Positions 24,931 through 38,992 are shown, counted from the stretch's first letter. The stretch: DNA of 64,000 nucleotides from Octopus vulgaris (GCA_951406725.2 OX597825.1:16616001-16680000); one strand, 5' to 3'. Notes: generated from the letters alone by a model not told the origin. Numbers and translations are program-made.

Positions 24931-24934
<4 letters not shown>
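23230..24934 (-). mobile_element. Penelope-like element 3' fragment: GIY-YIG endonuclease C-terminal part (24614-24934) plus probable long 3' UTR
   Basis: EKRINNHFSSFR...NCTSLSSKIWELK...KWDIIRKAQP...CELCSVETYEI...NNLINNRLDL..SCVH matches the PLE GIY-YIG pattern KR..NH..SF...T.LS..IW.LK...W.I...C.LC..E...N.LN...C.H. Truncated at a (TA)n. UTR extent is a guess; it contains an ~80-bp duplication (23815-23895, 23968-24046). Confidence 0.8.
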
Positions 24935-24998
<64 letters not shown>

Positions 24999-25109
24999 TT
25001 AACAGCTTCGGATATGATTGTACATTTATAAATTACGTTTTGGATTAAACTCTACAATTGCAGCCAGGAGCATTACTACTGTTAATGTTATTGATATTCC
25101 TATCATTGT

Positions 25110-25147
<38 letters not shown>

Positions 25148-25152
<5 letters not shown>

Positions 25153-26122
25153 AGAAATGTGAGTCCTCTCACACCAGTCGCACCCATGCATCCTCAAATC
25201 ATAACACTTCAGCCGCCGTTTTTCATGTTGGGCACGGTGCATTTGTCGCTTTTATCTTCACCTGGTCGTTGCCATACTCGTTTAATACCACCTGACCCAA
25301 ATGTAGTGATTTTAGCCTTGTCAGAAAAAAATAAATTTATTCTAAAACTCCTTCCCCTTACTTACATAGCTTTCGGTAAAAGAATGATGATTTGATTTAT
25401 GCCTGGTAGTGAGGAGAAGCTTCCTACGATGAATGCATCCATGACGATCACACTGGTTCAAACGTCGGTGACTATTTGGGCGATACACTTTTTCCACTAA
25501 TAGGAGACACTTCTTGGGCCAAAGATGAAGCGGAACGTCGCCTGTCGTCCATCATGCAACATTGGATGTGGAGAATATCAGGCACAGTTAAAATAGAGGG
25601 ACGACCTGGATGATATTATTGCTTAGCCGTCCAGTAGCCTTGTACTTCTGAATTACATTGGCAACTGTATTCATTTCCTAATTAACTTGTATCTTAAACT
25701 ATTCTTGTGCAAATTAAAAATAATTTCCTTCAAATATTCACATAATTCTTTTCCTTTTGGTGCTATTTTAATCACAATAAAAAAGATTTTCACCACGGTA
25801 CACAAATGAGAATTCCTGAAGCTACAATAACAATGACCGGTGCAAAAATGCCAGGAGAAATAATTTATTACAATTGAAATTATCAGCAATATCTAAATTT
25901 AGTAAAAAAAAGTGGATAAAATATTGAATATAGCAAATTTCCTTTAGGGTGTACATATACTTCATCCATATCTTTGAAAATGTTTATTGTTTTGTGTTCC
26001 AAATTTAAATAATGCTTGCATGTATAATATATTTTATTCAGTATAAATTTCCTTTGATTTCCTTGGATATTATGAGAATAATGCCAATTTTACTTAAATA
26101 TTTTAGGGGTGTACATACTTCT

Positions 26123-26126
<4 letters not shown>
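25148..26126 (-). mobile_element. 5' half of a decayed Tc1-like (DD34E) transposon with an IR/DR-type left end
   Basis: Minus strand reads PKGKELCEYLKEIIFNLHKNSLRYKLI (paired-like HTH) and FFSDKAKITTFGSGGIKRVWQRPGE...KCTVPNMKNGG*SVMI*GCM (first catalytic D region). Motif AGGG(G)TGTACATA..CTTC occurs at about 25946 and 26105 (inner and outer DR). Both ends lie in (TA)n. Confidence 0.8.
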
Positions 26127-26189
<63 letters not shown>

Positions 26190-26317
26190 GAGGAGCGATT
26201 TGCGTTGCATAAATAACATTCCAAGGATTTAAGATGAAAAACGGAAAAATTTATCCAATCATAACTGGTGCATATCTTTTCAAGTACCCGATTCTATCTG
26301 CAGCATTATCGTCACCG

Positions 26318-26363
26318 TCATCATCATCATCATCATCATCATCAACATCATCATCATCATCAA

Positions 26364-26435
<72 letters not shown>

Positions 26436-26443
26436 ACATCTTT

Positions 26444-26490
<47 letters not shown>

Positions 26491-26543
26491 TATCATCATC
26501 ATCATCATTTTTATCATTATCATTATTATCATCATTATTATTG

Positions 26544-26618
<75 letters not shown>
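26318..26618. repeat. (CAT)n grading into (TAT)n microsatellite
   Basis: Directly visible. Confidence 0.96.
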
Positions 26619-26619
<1 letters not shown>

Positions 26620-26780
26620 ATGAAAACTCACAGCTTATTTTGATGGGTATGATGGAACGTGTCAGCTGTCCACAGCCAGCAGACTAAGGTGATCCTTGTT
26701 TATTGGTCATGCTTCAAGAACCCTGCGAAAAATTCTTGCAGTTCTAAGCAATGCGGGTTTTTGTAGGTGCTCTACCATCA
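26619..26780 (-). mobile_element. Extreme 3' end of a second R4/Dong-like element abutting (TAA)n
   Basis: Minus strand MVEHLQKPALLRTARIFRRVLEA* (QK..LLGTA.ILR-type C-terminus), short 3' UTR, then (TAA)n. Confidence 0.7.
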
Positions 26781-26784
26781 CACT

Positions 26785-26885
26785 TGCACCAATGTGAAAC
26801 CTGACACTCTTTCGTCAAGATGATCTTCATCTGAATATCTTGTTTCAGAAAGAGATGCAATATCAACATTAAGACGCCATAGCTC
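26785..26885 (-). mobile_element. RTE-clade LINE AP-endonuclease N-terminal fragment
   Basis: ELWRLNVDIASLSETRYSDEDHLDERVSGFTL matches the RTE motif EL.RYN.DIAALSETR..DEG.L.E..GGYTF. Confidence 0.75.
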
Positions 26886-26944
26886 TGGACATGGTGCGAT
26901 TACCCGACCAGACATCGAAAACCAAATGTATGTAGTGCGACTGC

Positions 26945-27530
26945 CAAACGGTGTCCTGCCCCTACACGTTTCTCTATTTACTTTGCTGTATTGCTTTGGT
27001 ATGCTTTCAAGGACTGCAACAGAGGAATAATCGGAAACAGATTTCGGACATCTGGTCGAATTTTTAAATTTACCCGGTTTAACTGCAAAGCAAAGATTTT
27101 TTATATACTTGTTAGAGACTAACTTCATGCTAATAATGCTGATTCGTTGGCACACTCGGAGTGTGTTATACATTTATGGGCCTATTTTCCACTGCATGTG
27201 TACGTTTCAGACTCAATTAGTCTGGGGGAAAACCAAAGTAATGTTTACTCCCGTGCCAGGACAAACATATCCTGAAGCAAACATTTTTTCCGAATGAAAC
27301 CAAGTTAGAAGTCATTGACATCTTTGTTTACTTTGGAAGCACACTGTCAATAGATGGTAATCTTGATGCAGAGATATATTATCTAATAGAGAAGAGGAGT
27401 GTTGCATTTGGATAGCTCGAAAAGCGATTATGGGCGGATTGAGGTATCTTCTTGCAGAGGACCACTTATTCAAGGCGTCATATAAAAATGCTTGAGTGAT
27501 TTCATTAAAAGTGCCTCAGACATATCTTAG
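26945..27530 (+). mobile_element. RTE-clade (BovB-like) LINE reverse transcriptase fragment, decayed
   Basis: FSIYFAVLLWYAFKDCNRG...FRTSGRIFKFTRF..K...LVRD*LHANNAD.LAHSE (LFADD motif decayed)...ISLGKTKVMFTPVPGQTYPE...FVYFGSTLS..GNLDAEI...SVAFG*L..RLW...HIKMLE*FH..CLRHIL. Confidence 0.8.
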
Positions 27531-27539
27531 TGGTATCTT

Positions 27540-27658
27540 ACGTACTGGGTCGATGTAATCGACTTAATCCCTTTGTCTATGTTTGTCTATGTTTTGGTGA
27601 AATGTCTTACAACTGTAATATCTTCAAAAAAAATTTTATTGCTCTTTGGGCAATAAAG

Positions 27659-27662
<4 letters not shown>
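27540..27662 (+). mobile_element. 3' end of a family B-related SINE
   Basis: tactgggtcgatgtaatcgacttaatccctttgtct...tgggcaataaagaaata. Confidence 0.55.
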
Positions 27663-27718
<56 letters not shown>

Positions 27719-27884
27719 CTAAATTAGAGATAAAACCACTATTAGGCAAATCAAACAATGAAAAACATAAGCCAATACATAAAATTAATTAATTTATTTT
27801 ATTTTAAATATATATCAAAAATGTTAAAAGTTTAATAAAGGATAATGTGTGCGCATATATATATTATATATACATTATATATAC

Positions 27885-27937
<53 letters not shown>

Positions 27938-28730
27938 ATATAATATATATATATGCGCACACGCACACACATTACCTCAGATACACATACTAACACATTC
28001 GCTCTCATATATTGCATGAGTCACAAGGCTCTGTTCTATTTTCATTCAGTACATCAAGGTTTTCTTTCTATAATTTGTCAAGATTTACAGGCTCACAGAT
28101 TGGTCGCAAGATATCCAGGCCGTCCTAGCCACATCTTCAAGGTGGAGTGCTATTCGTGTGAATTGCTTCCTGAACTTAGGTGACCCACACATGAATGCTA
28201 TAAATGTTACTACCGGAATTTGAAGAGAAATTCAGAATTGTTCTTTTGAGTTCTTATTGGCCTTTGTGTGTTTGCTTTTTTGCGTAATGGTGTGTTCTAT
28301 GCATGCCTTTGATCCTTTACGCATAGAGAATTAGAAGTACGATGCAAGAACTTCCTTATAGGTATTAAACTAAGATGGCTTAGAAACCTTGATGATGGAT
28401 TTAGGAGCGTCTTTTTTTATAAAACAAACTGCAAGTAAATCACATGAAACTATGAACAAGAATAAAATCTAAAACAGTCATGAAAAAATGTAATGGTCTT
28501 TGAATATTTTAATAATATATGATTAAAAGAAAATGTACTCATTCATGAATCATATGTACCTATATATATATATATACATACATACATACGTACATATATA
28601 TATATGTACGTATGATTAATGTCGACGATAGTATAAATACACACACACACACATACACGTATACAAATATAAAGATATGGATGTATGAATATGACTATGG
28701 GGTATAAATATATGTATATATATATATATG

Positions 28731-28783
<53 letters not shown>

Positions 28784-31154
28784 GTATGTGTGTATATATA
28801 TATATATGTGTGTGTGTGTGTATATTTATATATATATATACGTATGTACTCACATGAAGATGGTGCATATGGGTGATAAATTGATCAAGAGAGAGAGAGA
28901 GAAAGAGAGTGTGAGTGAAGGAGACGCAGGGAAAAAATCGACGTATTAAGCATCTTACTGATAAAAAGCCATAAATTTGAATTTGCATATTTAATAGAAA
29001 GTTGTTCCGTTATTATTGCTTTAAAGAGAAAACTTTTCTGAAGTATAAGTAAATAACGTACAATTATATATTTATAAATGACAGTTTTATATTGGGAATG
29101 AATCAGAAGACTGACTCACGCAAAAGAACAGCGTGGCTGCCCTCTGAATGTTCGCAGTTTAATGCAGCATAGACCCGATAAATTGAAACGGCTATATATC
29201 ATTTGTGTTGTTTTGTGCGTATTATTAGATTAAATATGTGTAACACGTTATTGATGGTGAGCAGAGATAGGAATTTGGAATGCATATGGATTTTATTTTT
29301 TATTTCTACAGCCTTCTCTGAAATACTTCCTTATAGTAAGGAACGTTGGCTTACGAAGATATTATAATTCTCTCGTTCAGCATTTTATCATATTAGAAAA
29401 TCCGTTAATATCCAACCAAATGGGAAAAGTTATCGTGCAGTTTTGTTAATTTAGAAAACCATAGACACACCATTAACCTTCCGTGACCCTATTACGACTT
29501 GTATTTGGTTTATTATGCTTTTATTTTTCTTTTGGCTTGGAATGCTGATAGCTTTTTGCATGGTGATTTACTAATCTCCAGTGGTTGCATGCGTAATCAT
29601 TTATTTGTTTTTATTTATTCGTTTTGATAAATCTTTGTATCGAGTCCCTAATCACCAGAGTCATTCTACAGACAATTACTGAATTCCAGACTAAACTATT
29701 AGGGAATGAAGGATATAATTCGTAACGTTATCTCTTACGGACTTGATTAAAATGCCAATGAAAACTTATTTTTCAATGGAAATTACCAGAAAATGAGCGA
29801 ACTATCAATTATTTGGTAATTGAGCTCTGGAGAGATCGGGCAGTGGTAGCGATAATAACGATTTTAACTTTTTCTGTCGAGTGGAAATCATTTCCGGAAA
29901 CAAAGGCAACACGAATGGTATGCATGAACAATGAATATTTAACATACCGTAATATATATACTGCATTGTTTCAAACAGATATATCATTTCCCTACTTGAA
30001 AGTACTGGAAATCCTGCATTGAAGTCACATGCTAATGTGTTAAACAATTTTAAATGAATTCTGGAAATGTCTTTCTAAAGACGCCAAAGATACAATCTTT
30101 TCAGTGAGAAATCAATATTGACTCAATATCAAAACAGATTTAAAATGATCAATAGAAGAAATCTATTTCATCTTATTATCTAGGTATTACAGAGAAAGAA
30201 GATTGGGATTCACATAGACATTATTTTGGACACTGCGCACTGTTGGGAATATAAACTTTCCTAATTCTTGGCAAGAATAAAAGACTTGTATTTAATAAGT
30301 GAAGAGGAATATGATTCATTTGCCAAGATTTTTCTCAAGCTACCAGTGCGATTAAAATGATAACTTCTTGCTAGATTTCAAAACTTCCAGAAGCGAGAAT
30401 GCAACCAGAATACAAGTAGAAGAAAATGCATGTATTCATTACCATATTAATCTAGATTTATTATATTCTCCTTTTATCGATCCACATTATATATATAACA
30501 GGTTGTTCTTTATCAACATAGGTGCGGTCTGTCTCAAGTATAATTACATTATTCTGCCGTGTTCTATTTTTGCATTTCCAAAAATTATTATTCATTACAA
30601 GATCAATCCGTTCTAATACCTGCAAAAATTTGCAATGCATAGTTTATCGTCACGTGTTACATCAATAATCGGCTTCAGAATAATCTCTTTTTTCTTCTTT
30701 CATATTATTTACATTGCATTCTCAAACAATAACAACTTGGGCAATATGAGTTGAAAGAGTTGTTCAACACGCCAGCAAATGTTCTCTGCATTAGCTATTG
30801 TTCTTACAAGAGAAATATGAAAACGACTATTTTAAAACCTTGTATACATACAAATATAAACACATACTATACACATACACGTATATGCATGCATGTATGT
30901 ATGTACATAAAAAATTGTGGGTTTATTTACAAATACATATATATGCATATGAACTACATATAATCATGTGCTTGTATATGTGCACAAAACGTATATGAAT
31001 AAATGTGTATGTGAGTATATGTATGTGTGTGTTTAAGTATGTATAATATATTTACTTATCTATCAATCTAGCTTTCACCCTGTATATGTATGGTTATGTA
31101 TGTATGTAGACATATATTCTTTAGACACACACACACACACATACACGTACTCAT

Positions 31155-31196
<42 letters not shown>

Positions 31197-31971
31197 GTAA
31201 ATACATATGTGTGTGTATGTAGCGTGTGCACGCGTATGCACGTTTTTGTGTATCAGTGGTTTATATAGACAAAATAATAAAAAAATTCTAACTCTTTGCT
31301 AGAGTGGGGCATGGTACCCGATATATGATTGAAAGACTACACCAGGTGATGCTATTAAGTTAGCCATAGACTGGGCCTATACTGGCCGAAAACTGTCGAA
31401 GTTATTAAAGTTATTGTAAAAAATTGCTTGGTTATTTCGAAAATTATTTGACTAGAAATATATTCATACATTCATATATTTCACGGAATAATAGAACACA
31501 AAAGATTCATCAAGTAACAGAAATTACAAATTTGTCGTCAGACAAACGAGTAAAGTTTTAGATAACTAACCAACCAGTTCGCGAACCAACCAACAAAACG
31601 AGGCAATTTTTTAATTCTTGTCATATATTAAGCTAATTCGTTCATGAAAACTTCCTGTTCTTTGACGGTCATAAAACTCTGTGAAAGTAGCTGTAAATAA
31701 ATACGGTATTTGTTGCCATGTAAGACTCACCTTTTATTTATAAATGTCTCAAAATATTGCTCTGCGTATAATACCATCCTTTTTCGTGTAGAAGGCCGAG
31801 TTTGTAGGCTTGGGATCCATGTTAGCTTGGTAGCTGATCGAACTAACACAAAATATCCTCGCAAAAAATATGGGTTTTGTATTTTGTATAGTAATTCACT
31901 TGACCAAAATATGAACGACTATGCAGTTGATCTGAAGGATAATGAAGCTGAGATGCTCTCATAACGTATCC

Positions 31972-32251
31972 TATTCTTTTATTCTTTTACTTGTTTCAGT
32001 CATTAGCATGTGGCAATGCTAGTGCACCATCTTGAAGAATTTTTAGTCGAATTAATCGACCCTAGTACGTTTATTTATTTATTATATTTATTCATTTTTT
32101 TAATACCTGGTGCTTATTCTCTCGGTCTCTTCCCCAAACCGCTAGACTACGAGGACGTAAACATACCAATACCGGTTATCAAGTGGTGGTGGGGTAGAAG
32201 CACAGACACACAGGCTCACACACATGCACGCGTGCAAGCTCACACGCACAT

Positions 32252-32287
<36 letters not shown>

Positions 32288-32468
32288 ATATATATTAATA
32301 CATATACGATAGGCTTCGTTCAGTTTCCGACTACCAAATCCATCCACAAGGCTATGAACGGCTCGAGACTGTAGTAGAGGCACTCGCCCAAGGTCCCACT
32401 GCGTAGGACTTGACCTGGAACCATGTCGTTGGGAAGTAAGCCTCTTATCACACAACCATTCCTGCACG
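31972..32468 (-). mobile_element. SINE family A, older diverged full-length copy
   Basis: Tail ttcttttacttgtttcagtc, body, internal (CA)n and head ccaaggtcccactgcg..ggaaccatgtcgttgg..cacacaaccattcctgc. Confidence 0.85.
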
Positions 32469-33302
32469 TACACACACACACACATGATATACTTACGATT
32501 TCATATATTATTCTAAAACAGCACACAACATACATTTTCCTTGCAGAACTACTTTCAAGTCTCTTTAATTACTTACATGACGAAGCGCACTAAATTTGCA
32601 TTTTTCCAGAATACATTCTCATGAAGTAGAGGCGAGTGTTATGCGAGTGTGCGTCATATACACCGGTAAATATGGTGAACTTCTGTCAGTGGAGCCAAAA
32701 TAATTAAATGCCATCGTTTCATAAGAATGTCAGATAATTAGCAGTGAATCCTTCTTGAAAGGGGGAAGACGATACTTGTGACGTATCGGTTGTGTGAACG
32801 TCGTAAAGTTTATTCGGTCGCAGATTTAATGTAATACATTTTTCTCAAATAATCAACTATTAATTTGATGTTATATCAACAGGTATATATATATAGTATC
32901 TCTTGTAGTGACCACAGCGGCCCTTCATGGTTGAGATCAGCTGAGGTATGATGCAGATTATTTAGAGAGCAATGATGTGTTAATAGATTCGATTGTTTGT
33001 GTCAAATTTGATCTGGCTTGCTTCAAGTAATGTGTGAGATCACAAAAGTTAGAACAGGCTGAAGACTTTTGCGTATATAATACGAAGACAAATTCTTCAA
33101 ATAAATTAAGCCAGCCACTGAACATGAATTAATAAGAAGATTCTAAGAAGACATATGTTCGTCTAATCTTTTTTAGTGTTACTCGGCAAAAATAAGTGGA
33201 GATTATTTATCAAAATGAAATGGAATGAAATATAATTTTCCTCTACTAATAAATCATTTCTTTAATGAAAGCCAGGTGAACCTGTCACTTCATTATTTAG
33301 AA

Positions 33303-33316
33303 ATATATATATATAC

Positions 33317-33396
<80 letters not shown>

Positions 33397-33422
33397 TTAT
33401 ATATATATATATATACATATAT

Positions 33423-33458
<36 letters not shown>

Positions 33459-33700
33459 GTACATATATATATATATATATGTATATGTATATATGTATGT
33501 CTATATATATATGTATATATGTATATATATATATATATGTATATATGTATATATATATGTTCATATATGTATACATAATAGATATATGTTAATGTGTGTT
33601 TATAGATGTACAACACATATACGTATATGTGTATGTGTGTGCGTGTATTTATATATATATACACACGTACGTTTGTTTATATATGTTTATATATCTTAAT
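33303..33700. repeat. Degenerate (TA)n microsatellite
   Basis: Directly visible. Confidence 0.95.
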
Positions 33701-35566
33701 ATATACACATGCCTATATTTGTTCTTATTTGTCTATACTGTCTGAATCTAGTTTTGCAGCATCTTTCCACATGTATATTATTTCAACTAGTATTTAGTAG
33801 TCACAAATAAACGATACTGTTTTTGACCATATATGGTCGCCTCCGATCATGAATTAATGTTTAAAATGAGTCAATGATAGAATATCTCTGTGATTGCTTA
33901 GGCTGCTAGAAATAGCTGTCATATCCTAATCAAAATAGACGTTGTTTCGAAGCAGAAAAAAATGCCTAGTACAACAACGTACGAGGTGGCTGTGAGAGAA
34001 ACTTACCATGTATTAATGCCTGTATTTCTGGCTAAAGAAGAACCACAGTAATGCTAACAAAACCATATTCATTACCATACAATACCATTAAGTGGCATTG
34101 ATTTGCGGCTGTAATTATTTTACTTTAAGTCTATTTCAAGAGAACAGCTTTAATAGAGTCACCATTGATTAATGACACTGACTGCGGTTTGTTTTAGATA
34201 AAGCCGGATCGAGTAGTCATATATTACAAGGCATTCCATCCTACTATTTTGTCTCTGACACTGATCTGCATTATTCAACGAGTCTTTAATATTTTAAAAT
34301 AAATAGAGTACGATTTAGTGAAGAGTTGGCATTTACCTTTAGCAGATCGGGTGGCAGCATCGGGTTTATAAATGTGTAGATGTTTGCTCTCTGTTTCTGG
34401 GTAGGAAACTAGCATCCTGTAGAACTTAGCTTGGTCTGTATTTGAGTATAGCACGGTAATATAAGTAAGGAATCATTCAACTGAACACTGTAAATATACC
34501 AAGCATAATATATTGTTTGGGCACAATTACATGAGCTGTGTCATTAGTAATTATGGAATCAAATTGCCTGAATCAAATACTGGATGAGTATTTAGATACG
34601 AAGTAGAAATCTATAAACATACCGTCTGAGTATACAATGTTGGTGCCACCTTTAGTTGCATTTTCCTATGCGCCATATGATAATATTTAACACCAAATAG
34701 GCGCTAATCGATCTTGCTTTCTCTTTGCAGGAACAATGCACCCCAAACTATAGTATCCAGTAGTGTTTTTTTATTCAAAATTGACTGGGTGTTATAAGGA
34801 GATTTGCTAACTATTTCTGATATGCCACAGGTTCGCAAGCTACATTGACAATTTCTATCTTATATGTTAAGTCATAACTCTATGGGATTGGATTTCACAA
34901 TATTTCTTGTATTGTGTAGAAAAGCCGCATCTTTGTAAAAACAGAATTTGGATGTTGAAACGTTTATGCCATCCTCCAAAAACAACAGTGAAGTAAATAG
35001 GTGTAACTTTCTCGTGTCGAATTCGATTCTGAATTGGCGTATCTCTTTCTCGCAAAACTTCCAATATAATTTGGCTGATGGCAAATTAAATGTATGTGAA
35101 ATGTACTGACAAGGATCAAGCAAGTGAGCAATTTAGGTTTTAACGAGTGTTTAAGTCACAGATTTTGTCATATGTGAAACCAGTATATTTACCAGATTAG
35201 TTAAAACCAATAAACCTAGGACTGGAGGCAAAATGCGTTAGTCTTTTAGGCTTGCGTGTCTTTTTGCTTCCTTTCAGATGACAACAGAGACAATTAGATG
35301 ACGTGGTTCCACTTTATAATACTCAATAATTAGATATCCATAAGAGAAATGGATTTGTTGACTCATTTGAACGTCGGACAGATTACGTTGCGGTATGTGA
35401 TACAACTTTTTAAAAATCTGAATTCCATTGTTACAAAAGTCAGTTATGTCTTTAGCCGTTCTGGGGTCGAGAAGATAATGTGCAGAACAGGGGTTTGGAT
35501 TACTTACCGAAAATCGTTCCTCCAGATTTCATGAGCTGTATTTCTTTTAGAAACAATTACTGGGTC

Positions 35567-35755
35567 ATTGGTATAGTAGAGTCGGTAGAGCTTCGGATAA
35601 AATAACTTCTGAGTTCAAATTCTTCCTGTCAAGGTAAGTTTGTTTTTCATCCCACTGGAGTTGCTAAAATAAAGTGCCACTCAAGTACTAGTGTCGACTT
35701 AATTGATTACAACGTTCCTTTCATATTTCTGACCTTGCTACTTTGTTTGAAATCT
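35567..35755 (+). mobile_element. SINE family B, degenerate
   Basis: ttctgagttcaaattc..tttttcatcccactggagttgctaaaataaagtgcca..gtgtcgactt. Confidence 0.6.
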
Positions 35756-36570
35756 TAGTGAAACATAACAAAGAAAGAAGTGGATATTGGATTAGCTCTC
35801 GAAGGGGGCTAATAAAGCCGAAACATACCTGCAGCTGTATTCTCCTTGCGATCAACGATCGAATTTTCCCACAGGATAAATGGTATGTTTGTACATTCCT
35901 GAAGTAAAAGGATAGAAGCGTGTGAATCTATTGATGGAAAAAATACAAACGGCGGAATAACGCTAAGTGAACTTAGTTGATCGAGCTCTAAGCGATAACG
36001 TGGACACAGTATATTTAATGTATATATATGTGGAAACATGTATAATTCAAGTAGTTATGATATGATGGACGTGCTCGCACCACGTCTCTGTTGCAATAAT
36101 TATTTTAGACATAGAATATTACACTCAACATCAAGAAAAAATTAGCACTGTCACCCTTTAATTGTAACAGATGTACGTAATTTTAGTAACTATATATATG
36201 TATGCACTAAATATTACTAAAGACCCATAAATAACCAAGGAAATTACTCTCTGGCAACTAGCCGAATCTGTTATTCACGGTGTTCTATAATTGTCGCTAT
36301 GGTATTTAGTAGATATTTTATTATTTATTTTTTAATATTTATTGTTTTCTGTCATTGATTTTAGCTATGATTTGGCAGTTATTCAAAACCTCTACCAATC
36401 ACTATTATTTTAGTGACTGACAAATAATTTAATGACCTAGAAAGATTGAGAGCCGAAGTATATACCTGGGTATAAGTTGAGTCCGAAAAGCGGTAAGTAG
36501 ATTTTTGAGGATGAATCTTTACAAAACAGAATAAATAAAAAAAATGAGCCTCGCTAAGATAGCAGAAATG

Positions 36571-36781
36571 ATTCTTTCTAATAAAGGCACAAGGTTGGAA
36601 ATTTTGGGGGAGGGGACAAATCGATTTCATCAAACCCAGAGTTTTACTGGTACTTAATTTATCGACACCGAAAGGATAAAAGGCAAGTTGGCCTCAGCGG
36701 CACTTGAACCTAGAACGTAAAGACGGACGAAATGCCGCTAAGCATTTGCCCGGTGCGGTAACGATTCTGCCAGCTTGCCGC
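36571..36781 (-). mobile_element. SINE family B, near full length
   Basis: Minus strand GCGGCAAGCTGGCAGAATCGTTACCGCACCGGGCAAATGCTTAGCGGC...GGTTCAAGTGCCGCTGAGG..TTGCCTTTTATCCTTTCGGTGTCGATAAATTAAGTACCAG; tRNA-like head; homologous copies at 55631 and 59715. Confidence 0.88.
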
Positions 36782-37369
36782 TTTAAGATAGGAAAGATAT
36801 TAATCAGAATTGTATGTGGTCTTCCAGGTGCAGTATAACCTCACATACATACATACATACATATATATATATATATACGTACATAACATACATACACGCG
36901 CACATACATGCATACATACATACATACAAACATACATCAATCCATAGATACATATATACATACATAACATACATACATACATAAGATACATGCATACGTA
37001 CATACATACACGCACACATACATGCATACACACATACATTCATACACACATACATTCATACACACATACATTCATACAACCATACATACTTTTTTATATT
37101 GTTGTTGTTATTTCCGTTCAGAACAGGTTTGAAAGATTTAATAAACCGTTTATATTTTATCGTTCTTGCAACCTCACTTGTATCATGTAGTTTGTGGAAA
37201 GGAAAACTTAGAAAATTTTCTGACCACATGCTTGTATATGTTCATGCAATGGAATTTGGCGAACATTGGTGTTCCGGATTTGTTGTCTATGGACTCGTAA
37301 GCTTACTTTAGCTTACTTAAGAAGCAAATTGCGCGTAATTTTTTACAGCTGTTCAGTGATATTTTTAAC

Positions 37370-38437
37370 ATGGTGTGCAAAAACGAACATTTTCGCCGTA
37401 GTTTGCTTTTCATTTTATTTCCATGAAGACAAGAAAGCTGCTGGGGCTCTCAAAGACATATTTGAAGTTTATGGTCTTGATTGCTTAACAGAGCGCATTG
37501 TCAGAAATGGTTTAAAAAATTCAGTTCTGGAGATTTTTCACTCAAATATGAGTAACGTTCTGGTCGACCTACTGAAGTTGATGATAACCGAATCAAAACC
37601 ATAACTGAATCTGATTGTCATATAACTATGCGGGGGATTGCAGAGAAGTTAAATGTATCACACACACAACAATTGAAAAACACTTAAAATGTTTTGGACT
37701 CGTTAAGAAGCTCCCTATTTGGGTTCCATATAAATTGAAAGAGATTCTCTTAACACAACAACCTTTTATCTAAAACGAATCATCGCTGATGATGAAAAAG
37801 GGATTGTCTACAATAACATCAATCGAAAACGATAATGGTCCAAGCGTAAATGAACCAGCACACGTCACATTGAAAGCTGAATTGTATCAATAGAACGTCA
37901 TGCTGTCAGTTTGGTGGGATTACAAAGGTGTTATGTATTTTGAGCTGCTTTCAAGAAACCAAACGATGAATTCAGATGTTTACTGTAAACAACTAATGAA
38001 ACTGGAGAACGCAATCAAAGTAAAACGGCCATATTGGCAAATCGTAAATGAATCGTTTTCTACCATCACAACGCTAGACCCTACACGTCGTTGTTGACTT
38101 CTGAAAAATTATTGGAGCTTGGTTGGGAAGTGATGTCACATCCACCATACAACCCTGACCTTGTACCATCAGATTACCCTTTATTTCGAAATTTGTAAAA
38201 TTCTTTGAATGGTAAAACTTCAAATAATAATAATGACCAAAAATCGCACTTGCTCAGTTTTTGGCAGATAAGGACCAGAAGTTTTATGAGCGCGGAATCA
38301 TGACGTTAGCAGAAGATGGCAAAAGCTCATCAAACAAAATGGAACGTTTAAAATTGATTAACGTTCAATCCTTTCATGAAAAAGGAAAATGGCCTTTTTC
38401 ACACTAAAAGTCCGAAATTACTTACTTGCCAACCCAC
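37370..38437 (+). pseudogene. Decayed mariner (DD34D, mellifera-subfamily-like) transposase with right TIR
   Basis: From ATG 37370: MVCKNEHFR...KKAAGALKDIFEVYG...FSSGDFSL...RSGRPTEVDD, WVP, RIIADDEKGIVYNN, MLSVWWDYKGVMYFELL, HHNARP, HPPYNPDLVPSDY. Many stops and frameshifts. Right TIR CCGAAATTACTTACTTGCCAACCCAC|TA at 38412-38439. Left TIR not confidently found. Confidence 0.93.
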
Positions 38438-38439
38438 TA

Positions 38440-38481
<42 letters not shown>

Positions 38482-38992
38482 GAAGTAAGAAATACTTATC
38501 ATTGAGTCTTTGAGTCGGTACAGAGGATTCATAGCTGAGTAAATATGTGCGCGCATGTGTATGATTATGCATGTATATATACACGTGTGTTTGCATGCGT
38601 GTGCATTGGATCGTTAGCCCCTACAATTTTTTTCTCTCCTTGTTTCTTTTCTGTGTATCTTTCTGTCGTAGATCGTTAGGAAGGATCGTTAGGAAAGAGA
38701 GACGCAAAAATGAAAGACGAAAGCAAAGGGCCACTGATGAGGTCACAGAAGTGTGACAAAAAAACTCTAGCTGAAATAAAAATTAATATTATATAAAGCT
38801 GAAGCAAGTGAAAACCAAATATATAGTGCGTGCGTTTTCATTGGCTAAGCTGGCAACATGAGCAGCACATGACCAACACATGAATTCACATCAAGAATCT
38901 TGCAAAATGGATACTAACACACGCACACACCCACACGCACACCCACACTCACACACATACATACATACATACATACATACATACACTCATAC

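Noticed and set aside
34867-35123. Possible transposase N-terminal HTH fragment (YWKF..KEIRQFRIEFDT)
   Set aside because: Resemblance too weak; no TIR or catalytic motifs found.
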